The notes under the pieces were generated by a model. The model was given only the letters and a program-made list of their open reading frames with translations. It was not told where the DNA came from and did not search any database. DNA of 64,000 bases from an uncultured Candidatus Saccharibacteria bacterium. GTDB taxonomy: Bacteria; Patescibacteriota; Minisyncoccia; Minisyncoccales; GWA2-38-27. A program made the translations under genes and the position numbers. This document shows positions 9,602 to 18,981 of this stretch, piece by piece; the first letter of the stretch is position 1; the number at the start of each line of letters is the position of its first letter. The stretch lies in the NCBI GenBank assembly GCA_964609075.1, contig CAZSQP010000001.1, positions 33,593 through 97,592 on the forward strand, in the 5' to 3' direction.

Positions 9602-10909
9602 TTATATCCTAAAAACGTTTTTAAATTCTCTTGGTTTAACGGCATTCCTTGTATCAAGCACTATCTTAGACTTTTGGGCCAGTTCTTCATAATCAAAACC
9701 TGAATGATCGGTAAGAATTATAACAAGGTCGTAGTCCTTGAGGTTTTCTGGAGAATATTCGATTGATTTTAAGTTAACAGATTTTTCCAATATCTTATGA
9801 CTTATCTCAATCTCGGGAATAAAAGGATCAAAATAATCCACCTTCGCCCCTTTCCTTAAAAAATCTGAGGCAACATCATAGAAAGCTGACTCCCTTGAGT
9901 CTCCAATGTCTTTTTTGTAGCTTGCCCCCCATATTAAAACCCTGGAACCGCGCACCGACTTGCTTTCTAGATTTAAAATCCAAATAGCCCTTGTCATCAC
10001 TTGGTGGGGCATTAACTCGTTTATCTCTCCGGCCAGTTCAATAAATTTAGACCAGAAATTATACTCTCTTGCTTTATAAGAAAGATAAAAAGGATCCAAA
10101 GGGATACAATGCCCTCCTATTTTAGGAGAAGGATAAAAAGGAGTAAATCCATAGGGTTTTGTTTTAGCAGCTTCGATAACCTCCCAAATATCAATACCAA
10201 TCTTGCCGCACAAAAGAGACAATTCATTCACCATTGAGATATTAACCAACCTGTAAGTATTCTCTAAAATCTTTGCCATTTCAGCTATTTTAGGAGAAGA
10301 AACAGTATAAACCTCTTTCAAAAATTGTTCATAAAAAATCTTAGCTAAATATGTACTTTCTTTTCCTACTCCTCCGACTACTTTGGGAATATTAAAAAGA
10401 GGAGTTTTGTTCCCGGGATCTATTCTCTCTGGAGCAAAAGCTAAGTAAAAATCTCTATTTACTTCTAGTCCTCCTTTCTGAAGCATCGGAAAAATCACCT
10501 CTTCTGTAGTACCAGGATAAGTGGTACTTTCAAGAATTATTAATTTTTTACCATTTAATTTTTCTTTTATCTCCCGACAAGAATCTTCGATATAGGAGGT
10601 GTTAGGAATCTTGTTTTTATCTAGAGGTGTTGGAACGCAAATTAAAATGATATCTGCCTCTTTCAAGGGTTCGAAATCATTAAAAGCTTTAAAATTACTT
10701 AGAACAGATTTAAGGTCTTCGTCTTTCACGTCCCCGATGTAAGACTCTCCCCTATTTGCTTTATTAACTCTTTCTTTTTTAATATCAATTCCCAATACCT
10801 GAAAGCCGGCTTTTGCTATTTCCACGGCATGAGGAAGACCCACGTAGCCTAGCCCCATTATAGCGACCTTGGCTTTTTTGTTTTTGATAAGTTCTTTTAA
10901 ATTAGACAT
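9602..10909 (-). CDS. Nucleotide-sugar 6-dehydrogenase (UDP-GlcNAc/ManNAc dehydrogenase, WbpA/WecC-like)
   Basis: VAIMGLGYVGLP Rossmann motif and catalytic GGHCIPLDP. Confidence 0.8.
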   Translation of the reverse strand: MSNLKELIKNKKAKVAIMGLGYVGLPHAVEIAKAGFQVLGIDIKKERVNKANRGESYIGDVKDEDLKSVLSNFKAFNDFEPLKEADIILICVPTPLDKNKIPNTSYIEDSCREIKEKLNGKKLIILESTTYPGTTEEVIFPMLQKGGLEVNRDFYLAFAPERIDPGNKTPLFNIPKVVGGVGKESTYLAKIFYEQFLKEVYTVSSPKIAEMAKILENTYRLVNISMVNELSLLCGKIGIDIWEVIEAAKTKPYGFTPFYPSPKIGGHCIPLDPFYLSYKAREYNFWSKFIELAGEINELMPHQVMTRAIWILNLESKSVRGSRVLIWGASYKKDIGDSRESAFYDVASDFLRKGAKVDYFDPFIPEIEISHKILEKSVNLKSIEYSPENLKDYDLVIILTDHSGFDYEELAQKSKIVLDTRNAVKPREFKNVFRI

Positions 10910-10915
10910 AAAAAA

Positions 10916-11161
10916 TTACCATTTCTCAATGGTTTTTTTGGTTTTATCTTTAGCTTTTTTGTAAACTTGATAAACGCCAGATTCCAGTTTCGGAGAAACA
11001 AGATTTAATATCTCGCTTCCCCAGATTCTATACTGACCTCCTACTCTGTAAGCTTTAATAATTCCTTTTTTAAGCATCCTTTTCATAGTACTTTCTGACA
11101 CTTTAAGAAAGGCTCTGGCTTCTTTTGTAGTATAGACTTTGTCTGGTTCTATTTTTGCCAT
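10916..11161 (-). CDS. Excisionase-family (MerR-like) helix-turn-helix DNA-binding protein
   Basis: YTTKEARAFLKVSESTMKRMLKKGIIKAYRVGGQYRI matches the HTH_17/excisionase pattern. Confidence 0.6.
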   Translation of the reverse strand: MAKIEPDKVYTTKEARAFLKVSESTMKRMLKKGIIKAYRVGGQYRIWGSEILNLVSPKLESGVYQVYKKAKDKTKKTIEKW

Positions 11162-11186
11162 AATACTTTAATGTTATAAAAATAAA

Positions 11187-11207
11187 GACACCTTGTCAAT
11201 AGGTGTC
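11187..11207. promoter_or_regulatory. Palindromic operator-like site upstream of the excisionase-family gene
   Basis: GACACCT-N7-AGGTGTC inverted repeat. Overlaps two TGTCAAT direct repeats (TTGACA on the coding strand) about 25-45 nt upstream of the ATG at 11161. Confidence 0.35.
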
Positions 11208-11225
11208 AATAAAGTTCAAATAGTA

Positions 11226-12980
11226 TTAATCTAAGAGGTTATTAACAATCTCTCTGGTTTTAGGACCAAAATATCCAGTCCCCTTTTCTAGACCCAAGGG
11301 ACCCAAAATCCGTTCTCTGTATTTCTCTTGAAATCTAATTACAGCATTTTTAGTTAAAGTTAAGTAATTTCCTGTTACCAAACCCTCAGGATAAATATCT
11401 GAACCTTGGTCTTTTAAAAAATGCTGCAGACACTTAACCTTATTGTTATCTCTTAAGCCATAATAAAGATTGGCGTCAAATCCTTGACAAGAATACTCAG
11501 ATGAGGATTCTCCCGCTAACATCTCTGATATCCTTTGCTTTATCTGTCTAAGAAGCATTAAAATAGATTCTATTTTATTTCGGTTTATTTTCTCTTCTTG
11601 TCCTTTCTTCTCCTCCCTTTGATCTCCTTCCCCTTCTTCTTGTTTTTTTTCTTCGGTATCACTTACAATGGTTTCTGCACTCCAAGAAAAAGAAAAGTCC
11701 GACTTAGAATTATCTTTATTATGAATAGAAGGAATAATAGTCAAAGAGAGATAATCTTTGTTAAAGTTTTCAAGAATAATTTGACCTTCCTGTTTTTCAT
11801 TTAAGGTTAAAAAATCAACAGAACACTCTTCTTCATTGCTACACACTACATAGGGAACTTTAAAAATTCCATCGTCTTCTCCATCAAACTTAAAATCTAA
11901 AGTTCCTTTTCCTCCAAAAATCTTTTGCCAATTGCCGGCCCATATCTCTGTATTCCGATAAACAGACAAATTGCTGTAATTTGCATAAACAGGTAAAAAA
12001 TTACTCTGAGGAGCAATCCTTAAATTATCCAAACTTTCGTTTAGATAACAGTATTTTTTATCTAGAGAACAATCATTAACCAAAACAGCTATAGTCCAGT
12101 CAAGAAAGATATCGGAAAACCTTTCATCAAAACCATTATTTTCCAAAACTTCGTTTAGACTCTCAATCCCAACCCTAGAAGACTTAAGAGAATCTATAAG
12201 AATTTTTTCTCCGTAGTGGTCTGCTAAATAATGAATGAACATAGAAAGTGCTCCGTAATCTGAAACCTTCCCTTCCCATTCTGTAAGAGAGTCTGAAGGA
12301 CTTTCTAGGAAATCGGATACTCTGGTTCTAAGATAACTTCCTTCATGTTCATCATTGTAGCCACAAAGGGTAGGGGCATATTCCGCTCTGGCTTCATTAA
12401 GCCAGACTTCCTCCTGGACATTATTAAGTCTTTCTTTCTGATTAAAGGTAATCAGGTGAGTCATTTCATGGGCCAGATAACTCGGTATTAAACTGTCTGT
12501 AATACGATAAGCGTCTAAATAGACCATTTCTCTTTCATTGGAGTTGGCGTTCTGATATACACTGTATTCATTACCATTATTGAAATAACCTGTTGCCGCT
12601 CCCCTCATAGGATGGATTAAAACAGTTATTCTGTCATCGTTATCAATACCCGGTTTCCATTCAGAACCGTATTCCGAGGTTAAAACAGGATAAATATTAT
12701 CACTAAATTCCTTTCCTAAATTTTTTAAGTTATCTTTTATTTTCTTTTTTTCATTAGAGGAAAGTTCTTCCCACCATTCCTTATCTATATAGAAGTAAAC
12801 GAGATCTGTCCTATCAACCAACACAGCCTCTAATTTTTTTCTTTTCTCTATATCATAAGAAGGATCGACATAGAAACTCTCTTCTTCAGCAAAAATAAAA
12901 CCCACAGGTAAAAAAATACCTATTAAAACGAACGAAAAAAGAAAAAGGGGAATCTTACTTGTTGTTTTTTTTCTTTTCAT
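11226..12980 (-). CDS. Secreted zincin-like metallopeptidase with C-terminal peptidoglycan-binding domain
   Basis: Signal/anchor segment, HEMTH (HExxH) motif, and C-terminal LQHFLKDQG...GNYLTLTKNAVIRFQEKY (PG_binding_1-like). Confidence 0.5.
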   Translation of the reverse strand: MKRKKTTSKIPLFLFSFVLIGIFLPVGFIFAEEESFYVDPSYDIEKRKKLEAVLVDRTDLVYFYIDKEWWEELSSNEKKKIKDNLKNLGKEFSDNIYPVLTSEYGSEWKPGIDNDDRITVLIHPMRGAATGYFNNGNEYSVYQNANSNEREMVYLDAYRITDSLIPSYLAHEMTHLITFNQKERLNNVQEEVWLNEARAEYAPTLCGYNDEHEGSYLRTRVSDFLESPSDSLTEWEGKVSDYGALSMFIHYLADHYGEKILIDSLKSSRVGIESLNEVLENNGFDERFSDIFLDWTIAVLVNDCSLDKKYCYLNESLDNLRIAPQSNFLPVYANYSNLSVYRNTEIWAGNWQKIFGGKGTLDFKFDGEDDGIFKVPYVVCSNEEECSVDFLTLNEKQEGQIILENFNKDYLSLTIIPSIHNKDNSKSDFSFSWSAETIVSDTEEKKQEEGEGDQREEKKGQEEKINRNKIESILMLLRQIKQRISEMLAGESSSEYSCQGFDANLYYGLRDNNKVKCLQHFLKDQGSDIYPEGLVTGNYLTLTKNAVIRFQEKYRERILGPLGLEKGTGYFGPKTREIVNNLLD

Positions 12981-13016
12981 AACGATTGCACTTTTTATAT
13001 TAACAGTTTTTCATAG

Positions 13017-15245
13017 TTATTGGAAATAAGGCTTATACTTTTCGTATTTTTTATTTTCATCTATTTCTAACGCTTTTGAAAAAAATTCTTTTGCTTTTTC
13101 TTCTTTTTCCATTTTTTTATAAGCCACTGCTATATTAAAGAAAATTCTGGCTTTCGGTCCCTCTCTCTCTAGTTTCTCAAAACACATATCAATTACTTCT
13201 TGGTATTCACCTGCTTGATCGGCAGCTCCTAAATAACGGTCATAATCCATTTCTTCTCTAAAAAAATCATAACCTAATTCCCTTGCTTTTCTGTAATGAT
13301 CCAAAGATAGCTTGTAATTTTCCTGAACGAAATAGAAGTTGCCTAAAGTCAATTGAGCAAAGGGGATATCAGAACCAATTCTTTCAGCATAGCTTTTGAT
13401 CAATTCTTCTGCTTCTTCCTTCTTATCTTGAAGAATCAAAACCTTATTAAGAAGGTTAAAATATTCTAGTCGATATTCAGAATAATCCAAAGCTTTTTTC
13501 ATAGTATTTTCTACTTTTTCCAAACTATTCTCACCAAGTTTCTTATAGCCCAAATAATAGATATTGCCTAACAGGTAATAAGCTTGAGGACTAGTAGGAG
13601 AATGTTCTAAAGCTTTTTCAAGCTCTGGAACTATAATATTGTAAGAATTTTTAATTTCTCTTATCTGCTCTTCTCCCATATCCTTATTTACTCTAGAGTC
13701 TAAAACCCTGAAAAACTCCCAGGAAGCTCTTTTTCTTATGGGAAAATAAACATAAGGGGAGTTAAACTCAAGGGCCTTTTCTAAATATTCTTGAGATTTT
13801 TCATACAAACCCTTCTGAGAATAAACATAGTATTTTAGTACCAAAGAATTAGCTCTGTAAGGTATCCAAACAGAAAAAATTAAAGTAAAAACAATAAGAG
13901 GAGTTAAAACAACTACTAAAACCTTACCCCTCAAAGATAATCCAGAATCCCCTTCGCGATTATTATCTTCCGAAGAAGATCTTTTCCTATAAATTGACTG
14001 GTATTGAAAATAAGTAAAACCAGAAAGAGTAAACAAACCAAGATAAATAGAAAGAGTATCAAAGGAAAACAGGCTTTGGGCTAAATAAGCTACAAAAATA
14101 GAACCGAGGGTCAATGCTAAAAGCTTCCTTTCTTTGAAAATCTTAAATACAAGATAAAAGAAAGAAGAAATCCAAAAAAGATAAAAAAAGAATAAAAGCA
14201 TTCCCCCGTCCACAAGATACTGCAAAGCTTGATTATGGACTCTGTCAAACCAAGGTCCGTTTAGACCTATTCGGTAATCGTAAAATTTATTAAAAACTAC
14301 ACCAAAATTCTCCATTCCCCAACCAAGAATAGGCTTATCGCGAAAAGCTTTTAATGATATCTCTGAAGCCCATATACGCTCTTTAAAAGAATTACTGCTG
14401 TAGATTCTAGATAAATTAACACGATTTAAAAAAGAATGACTTTTAACAAATTCAGAATCTCCATAAATCGTAACTAAGCTTAAAAAGCTAAAAATTAAAA
14501 CCAACAAAGAAATAGAGATGAATACTATCTTTTTCTTTTCTTTCCTTAAGAAAAACAATGAAAGAATAGCAAAAAAGACAAAGCCTGCCAGAAAGCCGGT
14601 ATACCCTCCTCTGGTTTTAGTAAAAAATAAACTGATTAAGAAGAATAAAGTTAAAAATGGAATTATATAAGAAAAGTAGCAAGAGTATTTTCCAAAAAAA
14701 TAATCTCTCTTTTGAAAAAATATTGCAGAAAAACCTATAGCGAAAATCAGAAAACCTGCCATGTAAATAGGGTTACCAAAGGTGCCTTCCAGCCTTCCCC
14801 CACTTGAGTAATTAAAGAATCCATAAACAGAAATCCCGAGGGCTAATACTATAAAGAGCCCAAAAAAATGAGTCCAGTCTTTTCTGGTCTTAAAGACAGA
14901 AATCAGCATCAAGAAATAGAGAACCCAATGAGCAAACTGAATAACACCTTTCCCTCTTTCAAAATCCCCAAAAAAAGAACGAATAGTATCTACTCCCAAA
15001 AAACTTGTAAGAATTAACCCTCCTAAAAGTAGAAAAAGACTAATTACTAAAATATTCTTTAAATCAGGCCTATACTCCGGCTTCTTGAGAATTAAAAATA
15101 TCCAAAAGAAAAAAGCCAGCTGAACAAAAAACCGGAAAAAATATACTTTTCCAGACACAAAAGGAAAATATAAAGACTTAGCAATTATAATAGCAGGTAT
15201 TACTAAAGCTCCAAGCAATAATATTTTAACTATTTTTTTCAACAT
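13017..15245 (-). CDS. O-antigen ligase-like (Wzy_C) polytopic membrane protein with C-terminal TPR repeats
   Basis: At least 10 predicted TM segments, then TPR-like repeats (YYLLGNIYY, LGNFYF, NIAVAYKKMEKEEKAKEFF). Confidence 0.55.
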   Translation of the reverse strand: MLKKIVKILLLGALVIPAIIIAKSLYFPFVSGKVYFFRFFVQLAFFFWIFLILKKPEYRPDLKNILVISLFLLLGGLILTSFLGVDTIRSFFGDFERGKGVIQFAHWVLYFLMLISVFKTRKDWTHFFGLFIVLALGISVYGFFNYSSGGRLEGTFGNPIYMAGFLIFAIGFSAIFFQKRDYFFGKYSCYFSYIIPFLTLFFLISLFFTKTRGGYTGFLAGFVFFAILSLFFLRKEKKKIVFISISLLVLIFSFLSLVTIYGDSEFVKSHSFLNRVNLSRIYSSNSFKERIWASEISLKAFRDKPILGWGMENFGVVFNKFYDYRIGLNGPWFDRVHNQALQYLVDGGMLLFFFYLFWISSFFYLVFKIFKERKLLALTLGSIFVAYLAQSLFSFDTLSIYLGLFTLSGFTYFQYQSIYRKRSSSEDNNREGDSGLSLRGKVLVVVLTPLIVFTLIFSVWIPYRANSLVLKYYVYSQKGLYEKSQEYLEKALEFNSPYVYFPIRKRASWEFFRVLDSRVNKDMGEEQIREIKNSYNIIVPELEKALEHSPTSPQAYYLLGNIYYLGYKKLGENSLEKVENTMKKALDYSEYRLEYFNLLNKVLILQDKKEEAEELIKSYAERIGSDIPFAQLTLGNFYFVQENYKLSLDHYRKARELGYDFFREEMDYDRYLGAADQAGEYQEVIDMCFEKLEREGPKARIFFNIAVAYKKMEKEEKAKEFFSKALEIDENKKYEKYKPYFQ

Positions 15246-15304
15246 TTTTCTTTTTTCTATTTTACTTGAAATAAGAAATCTTACAAGCCCCTATAAAAAT
15301 CCAA

Positions 15305-15327
15305 AGCCCCCTCAAAAAGAGGGGGCT
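15305..15327 (-). terminator. Intrinsic terminator hairpin downstream of the surface protein gene
   Basis: AGCCCCCTC-AAAAA-GAGGGGGCT stem-loop with T-rich flanks. Confidence 0.5.
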
Positions 15328-15364
15328 TTTCTCCAATACTGTCTTGCTATCCTAACAGAAAGCT

Positions 15365-17356
15365 CTAGTAACCAACCTGACTAGGAACACTGTCATAATT
15401 TGTCTTTATGCCACCCAATCCCCAAGTAAAGTTGGTAGTTGAAGCATAGTCGCCGCTAGCTTCAGCATCACTTGTTGCCCATCTCAGGTTGTTCAAACTG
15501 ATGTAAAGCTCTTGAACAGTCGCATTATCGTTATAGGCAGTGATGTCAAGACCGATAGTCTTCGTATCACCCGCACTTATCTTGCAGTTACCGTTAGCTG
15601 TCTCTATTTCAGGACAGTTATAAGGCTGAGAACTTACCGGAACAGAATTATTGCTGCTTGTAGCTACTAAACCACTTGAAGCCGCAGTACTTGAGTCATA
15701 GCCTCTGACATAAATATCACTGCCATTAGCTGTAATATCTACATCTAGAGTAGCGTCAGCGTACCAAGTACTACTGTCTGAACCCTCAGTTTTTTCCACT
15801 GGAGTTATTTCAGAACTACTTAGAGATATAGAAGGAGCGTCAACATAAAGGTAAACCGCCTTCTCACTAATAGTAGATCCTGTAACAGAAACTGTACCAG
15901 CATAGGAAGTAGCGTCATCAACACTGGTTACATCAGTAGTAGCCATCGTAGAACTAACATACTCTCCTTCGCTGTAATTGGTACCGTCACACTGTTTGGC
16001 GTCAGCCTTCAACGTTACAGTCACTGTTTCATCTTCTTCAATTTCAAGATCCAACTCACTGAATGATAAGGTATCACCAGTAGTTGATGCAAAGCTGTCA
16101 TTAGCTAAAGCATCTCCGCTTTCATCTACTAACCTAGCAGTACTAAATATATCGTTAAGATCGGCAGTAGCACTACTAACGTCAACCTGTATTGTGTTTA
16201 CAACAACACCGTTGTTCTCAGCTTTAAGATCTGCTCTCAGAAGAACGACATCCTCTTTTGTAGAGCCACTCTTAACTGGTTGCAACCAATCAACTGCTGG
16301 ACTGTCTTCATTAGAGAGAAGCTCCAGACTAGCAGTGCTTGCTTCTTTTACATCAAAGCTGTGAGTAGGTGTGGCCAGAGTTTCTATCTTAGTAGTAGGC
16401 TCGTAAATGTTGATACCGGCAGCATCAACTGCACGAACGGCGTTAGACTCTACGCTGATTCCGATTGTAGTAGGAGAAGTTGCGCCGACAGGCAAGCTTT
16501 TACCGTCAACCTTGACAGTAATAACCTCTGTGGTATCTTCTTCTACTACAATATCTAAGTTGAGAACTCTGACCTTGTAATTAGATCCTACAGAAACTTC
16601 TGTTGTGTCATCTTCTGTAACATCTATCTTTTCTATTTCCTCATCACCATTCCAGATAGAAATAGCGTCTAAATACAACCAAGGTCTTGTATCGAAGTTT
16701 ATATCGAACCTCTCGATTCTTATATCAGAACCTGTTCCGGCTTTAGCTTTAATAGCATAAACTGCTACATCCTCATCAGTAGTGTATACTGTTTCTCCGC
16801 TTCCTACACTACCGTCATTAGTGACAGTTAGAACACCTTCACCGCCGGAGAGCTCTTCTTCCTCTTCCTCTTCCTCCTCTTCTTCTTCCTCTTCCTCTTC
16901 TTCTTCCTCTTCTTCCTCACCGGCTGCGGCTAAAGCGTTGTACTTGGCCTGTGAAACAGGACCAAAGTAACCTCTGTAGTTACCGTAAGCTACGCCATTA
17001 GCGTCTTGCCAGTCACCTACTGCAGCTTGAGTAAGAGAACCATAATACATGGTCTCACTACCCGGAGAACCTGCTCCTGAAGCGGCTACTGTGAACCCTT
17101 CAGCGTTTAGGTACTCCTGCAGACACTGAACGTCAGCACCTGACATTCCAGGATAAAGAGATCTGGTGAAGTTGCATGAAACTTCAACACCATCACCTGT
17201 TTCTCCTTGAATTTCGTCAATCCTATTCTGTACAGCGGTTAATAGATCCATAAGTTCGGATAAATCCATGCCAGTGGTGTCTATAGCTTCTGCTGCTGCT
17301 GGAGCGGCAACTGCAACGACGGCTAATGTAATAGCTGTTGCAATTAACTTTCTCAT
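15365..17356 (-). CDS. Secreted cell-surface (S-layer-like) protein with PG-binding domain and poly-Glu tract
   Basis: Signal peptide MRKLIATAITLAVVAVAAPAAAEA, a PG_binding_1-like CLQEYLNAEGF...GYFGP segment, a long uninterrupted E run and a T/S/D/V-rich body. Visibly more GC-rich than its neighbours. Confidence 0.5.
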   Translation of the reverse strand: MRKLIATAITLAVVAVAAPAAAEAIDTTGMDLSELMDLLTAVQNRIDEIQGETGDGVEVSCNFTRSLYPGMSGADVQCLQEYLNAEGFTVAASGAGSPGSETMYYGSLTQAAVGDWQDANGVAYGNYRGYFGPVSQAKYNALAAAGEEEEEEEEEEEEEEEEEEEEEELSGGEGVLTVTNDGSVGSGETVYTTDEDVAVYAIKAKAGTGSDIRIERFDINFDTRPWLYLDAISIWNGDEEIEKIDVTEDDTTEVSVGSNYKVRVLNLDIVVEEDTTEVITVKVDGKSLPVGATSPTTIGISVESNAVRAVDAAGINIYEPTTKIETLATPTHSFDVKEASTASLELLSNEDSPAVDWLQPVKSGSTKEDVVLLRADLKAENNGVVVNTIQVDVSSATADLNDIFSTARLVDESGDALANDSFASTTGDTLSFSELDLEIEEDETVTVTLKADAKQCDGTNYSEGEYVSSTMATTDVTSVDDATSYAGTVSVTGSTISEKAVYLYVDAPSISLSSSEITPVEKTEGSDSSTWYADATLDVDITANGSDIYVRGYDSSTAASSGLVATSSNNSVPVSSQPYNCPEIETANGNCKISAGDTKTIGLDITAYNDNATVQELYISLNNLRWATSDAEASGDYASTTNFTWGLGGIKTNYDSVPSQVGY
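16846..16920 (-). repeat. GAA/GAG codon tract encoding the poly-glutamate run
   Basis: Plus strand reads ctcttcttcctcttcctc... continuously. Confidence 0.9.
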
Positions 17357-17439
17357 GATTTGTAATTTTTAATTACCAACCTTTTATCTGTCGATCTTCA
17401 GTTGATAATTATTTATGTTTTGACCTTTTGTAATGTGTC

Positions 17440-17657
17440 GTTGTCGACCTTGTCTCAAACTTTTGGGTATAAATATTTTGGCTGCCTCCTTTCGGAAGCG
17501 GTCTGCACCATACAGGTGCGAGTTAGCAGAACCTTTCTGCTTACCCTATGCACCTTCATAGTGCATGGGCCCAATACTCAAAAATCCAAGAAAGCAACGA
17601 CTATTTCAACCCGCGTACCTTTATTAAAAGATAGCGGCGGATTAACAACGCAAATAT
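17440..17657 (-). ncRNA. Structured GC-rich leader or independent ncRNA upstream of the surface protein gene (SRP-RNA-like motif, class unresolved)
   Basis: At least four minus-strand hairpins: CCCATGCAC..GTGCATAGGG, AGCAGAAAGGTTCTGCT, GCACCTGTATGGTGC and GCTTCC-GAAA-GGAGGC. The last is followed by AGCC, resembling SRP RNA domain IV (GGAAGCAGCC). A strong promoter lies at 17664-17690. Confidence 0.35.
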
Positions 17658-17663
17658 TCTTTC

Positions 17664-17690
17664 ATTATACCAGTCTTATACCAATGTCAA
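17664..17690 (-). promoter_or_regulatory. Sigma-70-type promoter (TTGACA-N15-TGgTATAAT) driving the leader/ncRNA and surface protein gene
   Basis: Minus strand reads GTTTTCCACA-TTGACA-ttggtataagacTGG-TATAAT, with an extended -10. Confidence 0.55.
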
Positions 17691-17699
17691 TGTGGAAAA

Positions 17700-18413
17700 C
17701 TAATTTCCTATACTCATCAGCTTAACAAGAGCCTGATCAAGCTTTCCTTCCCCTATTAATTCTTTAGCTTGTTCTAAAGAAACTACGTCTTCTTCCGTTA
17801 AAGATCTGTTTTCAAGATCCTCAACTTCTCTTTTAAGCCATTCTCCCATAACAGCATTATACGAAGCATTCTGGGGAATTTCTACTCCTTCTTCTTCTAA
17901 TTCAGCTCTTTTTGAAGCTAATGTTTCTATTTCTTTTGTAATATCCTTTGCAGTTTCTTCGTCGTCCATTTCTTCTCTTATACTTTTGGCAGTCTCTGAA
18001 ACTGAAGCTTGATATTCTTCTATAGCAGGAGCTAGTTTATCTATATTGTTCTCCTGGGCTATTGAACTTAATTCCTCCAATCTTTTATTAGTAATATCAA
18101 AATTTCTTTGAACTCTATCTGAAGCAAATATGCCAGCTCCCTTCTCACCTGCCTTTTTAAAGGTAAAAAGCATATCTCCTGGAACAGAATTATGGGCAAA
18201 TCCAAAGCTTCCTACAATAACCAAAAGGACAACTAAAGAGGCAAAAGCCGCTTTATGCCTTAAAATCATTCTTGATCCAACTAAAAGCTCCTCTATGCTG
18301 AAAATAGAGTGTTTTTCTCCTAAAATCTCTCTTTTAGTCAAAAGAGCCCAGTCTTTCCTGGGTTTTACCTTTTTAAGCTGTTTTAGGTCTTTGAGAAGTT
18401 TTTTCTCCTCCAT
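17700..18413 (-). CDS. Membrane-anchored protein downstream of the ECF sigma gene (putative anti-sigma/DUF5667-like)
   Basis: Single TM (AAFASLVVLLVIVGSFGF), acidic helical ectodomain, and operon position after the sigma factor. Confidence 0.35.
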   Translation of the reverse strand: MEEKKLLKDLKQLKKVKPRKDWALLTKREILGEKHSIFSIEELLVGSRMILRHKAAFASLVVLLVIVGSFGFAHNSVPGDMLFTFKKAGEKGAGIFASDRVQRNFDITNKRLEELSSIAQENNIDKLAPAIEEYQASVSETAKSIREEMDDEETAKDITKEIETLASKRAELEEEGVEIPQNASYNAVMGEWLKREVEDLENRSLTEEDVVSLEQAKELIGEGKLDQALVKLMSIGN

Positions 18414-18459
18414 ATTTATCTTATGACGAAATAAAGGGGTTTTTGTTACACCTCACAAC

Positions 18460-18975
18460 TTAGCATAAATCAATATTATTTTCAAGCTCTTTTCTTAAAG
18501 CTTTAAGGGCACGGTGAAGCTGAACCCTTACAGCTCCCTCTGACTTATCTAAAGATTTGGCTATTTCAGGAACTTTAAGTTCGTTGATATAGTGCATAAT
18601 AACTACCTCTTTGTACTCGTCTTTAATATTATCCAAAGCTTTTTTAACATTATTAAAGTCAGAATTAACTTCGGACATCTCCTCTATATCTGTGTCCGGG
18701 TCGGACACAGAAACATCTTCAAAAGAAACGAATTGCGCTTTGGTTCTAGCTTTATGGTGGTCGGCTACAAGGTTATGGGCTATACGATACAAAAAGGCCC
18801 TAGGATTATCTATTTGGTCGTGTTTCCTCTTAAAAGACTCCCATCCTCGAGTAAAAGTCTCAGCGCATAAATCCTGGGCTATTTCCTGAGAACTGACTTT
18901 AAAATAAATAAACCGATATATTTGATCGATATTCTTATCGTATAATTTGCTGAATTCTTTTTTAGGATTTGACAT
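18460..18975 (-). CDS. ECF-type RNA polymerase sigma-70 family factor
   Basis: Region 2 (IYRFIYFKVSSQEIAQDLCAETFTRGWE) and region 4 HTH (EIAKSLDKSEGAVRVQLHRALKALR). Confidence 0.8.
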   Translation of the reverse strand: MSNPKKEFSKLYDKNIDQIYRFIYFKVSSQEIAQDLCAETFTRGWESFKRKHDQIDNPRAFLYRIAHNLVADHHKARTKAQFVSFEDVSVSDPDTDIEEMSEVNSDFNNVKKALDNIKDEYKEVVIMHYINELKVPEIAKSLDKSEGAVRVQLHRALKALRKELENNIDLC

Positions 18976-18981
18976 TTTAGT

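Noticed and set aside
16782-16970. 62-aa plus-strand ORF with a poly-Ser run
   Set aside because: It is the reverse-complement reading of the poly-Glu codon tract of the surface protein gene.
17480-17507. Firm annotation of SRP RNA (ffs)
   Set aside because: Only the tetraloop-proximal GGAGGCAGCC-like string resembles domain IV. Helix lengths and the 5' arm do not fit the canonical small SRP RNA. I kept it as an unresolved structured RNA or leader.
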